From Raja brachyura (taxonomy: Eukaryota): a stretch of 64,000 nt of DNA. Position numbers and translations under genes: made by a program. Positions within the stretch are counted from its first letter, which is position 1, and each line of letters opens with the position of its first letter. Of the stretch, positions 62,200 through 64,000 are shown one piece after another. The DNA is taken from assembly GCA_963514005.1 (NCBI GenBank), contig OY740795.1, positions 50,964,001 through 51,028,000 of the forward strand, in the 5' to 3' direction. The notes beneath the pieces were generated by a model. The model made no database searches. It was given only the letters and a program-made list of their open reading frames with translations, and had not been told where the DNA came from.

Positions 62200-63960
62200 A
62201 CACCAAGCCATCAATCGTCCGTCCTGCACTGTTCAACTCTAGGAGCAATTTGTTAATCTTGGTCTACCACAGATGTTAGACTCACTGGTCTGTAGTTCCC
62301 AGGCTTTTCCTTACAGCCTTCTTTAATAGAGACATAACATTAGCCACCCTCCAGTCTCCCAGCTCCTCGTTCGTGTCTAATGATGATCCATATATCTCAG
62401 CCAGAGCACCTGCAATTTCTTATCCAGCTTCCCACAGTGTCCTTGGATATTCATGATCAGGCCCAAGATATTTATGTTGCTTCATACGCTTTAGGACATT
62501 CGTCATTCTCTCGACTGAAATATGAACACTCCCCAAGACATTTCCACTAACTGTCCCTAATTCCCCAGTCTTCATGTCTCTTGGCATATTTGCTCTTCAA
62601 ATTCCTTCTGACTATTTGGGGGGGGGGGGGGGGGGGGGAGTAGTACACCGTCCCCTTTTTATTTCTCAGCTCCACCCACATAAAGGACCCATCAATAATC
62701 TAATCTCCATGGTAAAAGCAGAGGAGAAATACTTATTGAGGACCTTCCACACAGAGATGATCGCTTTTGTTTTCTCTCTTCAGTTACCCTCTTTCCTTTA
62801 ATATTCATTCAATCTCTTTGGATTTCCCTTAATAATCAGAGGGCGGTGGGGGGCGGTTCTCTGGATACTTTCAAGAGAGAGCTTGATAGGGCCCTTAAAG
62901 ATAGGGGATATGGGGAGAAGGCAGGAACAGGGCACTGATTGTGGATGATCAGCCACATTCACATTGAATAGCGGTGCTGGCTTGAGGGGCCGAATGGCCT
63001 ATTCCTGCACCTATTGTCTATTGTCTAATATCTGTCAGAGCTATCTCATGCTCCTCGTTTGTCCTCCTGATTTCCATCTTAAGCATGCAGTTTCCAAAAC
63101 TCCTCCAGGGATATATTCTTGAACCCAGCTACCTATCGCTGTCGCATGCCCCCATGTTTTTCCTGACCAGAGCCTCAATGACTCTCGTCTTCCAAACTGC
63201 CTTACTCCCACCTGCCATGCTCTTCACTCTAACATGAGCATGCCTGCCCTGAACTCTGGTCATCGCACTTCTAAAAGCATCGCACTACCTGGGCATTCCT
63301 TTGCCTACAAATTACATACTGCAAACAACTTGAGCAAATTCATGTCAAACACCTTCAAAGTCACAATTCAGAACTTGCAGGCCCACCCTGTCTTAATCCA
63401 TAACTATTTTAAAGCTGATAGAACAGTGGACACTAGTCCCAAAAGAGTCACGCTCATAGACACTTCAATAACTTGCCCTTCCCAATTTCCGAAAAGTAGA
63501 TCCAGCTTTGCCCCCTCCCTTGTAGAGGCATCTACATATTGCCTGAGGGAACTTCTCTGAACACATTTGACAAATTCCACCCTGTCTAGGCCCTTGACTC
63601 CATAACAGTCCCAGTCTATATTGGAAACATTAAAAGCTCCACCCATTACAATCTTATTTGTCTTGCAGCTGCCTGCAATCTCTTGGCACATTTGCTCTTC
63701 AAATTCCTGATGAGTATTTGGGGGGTCATGAGAGTGAAGAGTGTTTTATTGTCATGTGTCCCAGATACAACAATTACATTCTTACTTGCGGCAGCACAAC
63801 AGAATATGCAAACATAGTATGATATGACAAAGGACCCATCAATAATGTAATCGCAGACTACTGCCGTGACATCCTCCTCTGTCAATAAAGCAACATCTCC
63901 TCGTCTTTTACCCCCACCTCTGTCTCTTTTGTTGCACCTGTACCCTGGAACATTCGCTGC
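62200..63960 (-). mobile_element. Old CR1 ORF2 remnant (APE endonuclease region) with nested younger fragments
   Basis: KIVMGGAFNVSNIDWD...FVKCVQRSSLRQYVDASTREGAKLDLLFGN. A plus-strand CR1 tail sits at ~62838-63027 and a Rex1-like tail at ~63730-63820. Confidence 0.75.
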
Positions 63961-64000
63961 CTGTCAGACCAAGCATAGGCTAATGGCGATCGTTTCGCCG

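Noticed and set aside
62617-62638. Poly-G tract, and G-runs at ~48318-48345, as functional G-quadruplexes
   Set aside because: Simple homopolymer expansions in or near repeats, with unreliable length and no evidence of function.

Overview
Eukaryotic intronic DNA. The repeat families (CR1/HER1-type LINEs, HE1-like V-SINEs, Penelope remnants) point to a cartilaginous fish, most likely a skate or ray (inference). The only host gene I can support is terminal deoxynucleotidyl transferase (DNTT/TdT) on the minus strand. Five coding exons, equivalent to human exons 3-7, lie at 54657-54541, 27245-27075, 24940-24869, 22509-22386 and 15743-15611. All have GT-AG boundaries and splice in frame (617 nt). 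I did not find exons 1-2 or 8-11, so the gene probably extends past both ends of the window. The rest is a dense, often nested set of transposable elements: 5'-truncated CR1 and Rex1/Babar LINEs, tRNA-derived V-SINEs, many Penelope terminal-repeat fragments with a hammerhead-ribozyme-like core, PIF/Harbinger and hAT MITEs, an L1-type and a Vingi-like 3' fragment, and a rearranged Gypsy remnant. The most novel-looking signal is a GC-rich non-coding retroelement family whose four copies share a core but carry four different LINE-type 3' tails. Most ORFs in the supplied track are repeat-derived or spurious. Repeat boundaries are approximate unless TSDs or TIRs are quoted, and family names come from recalled motifs, not a database search.
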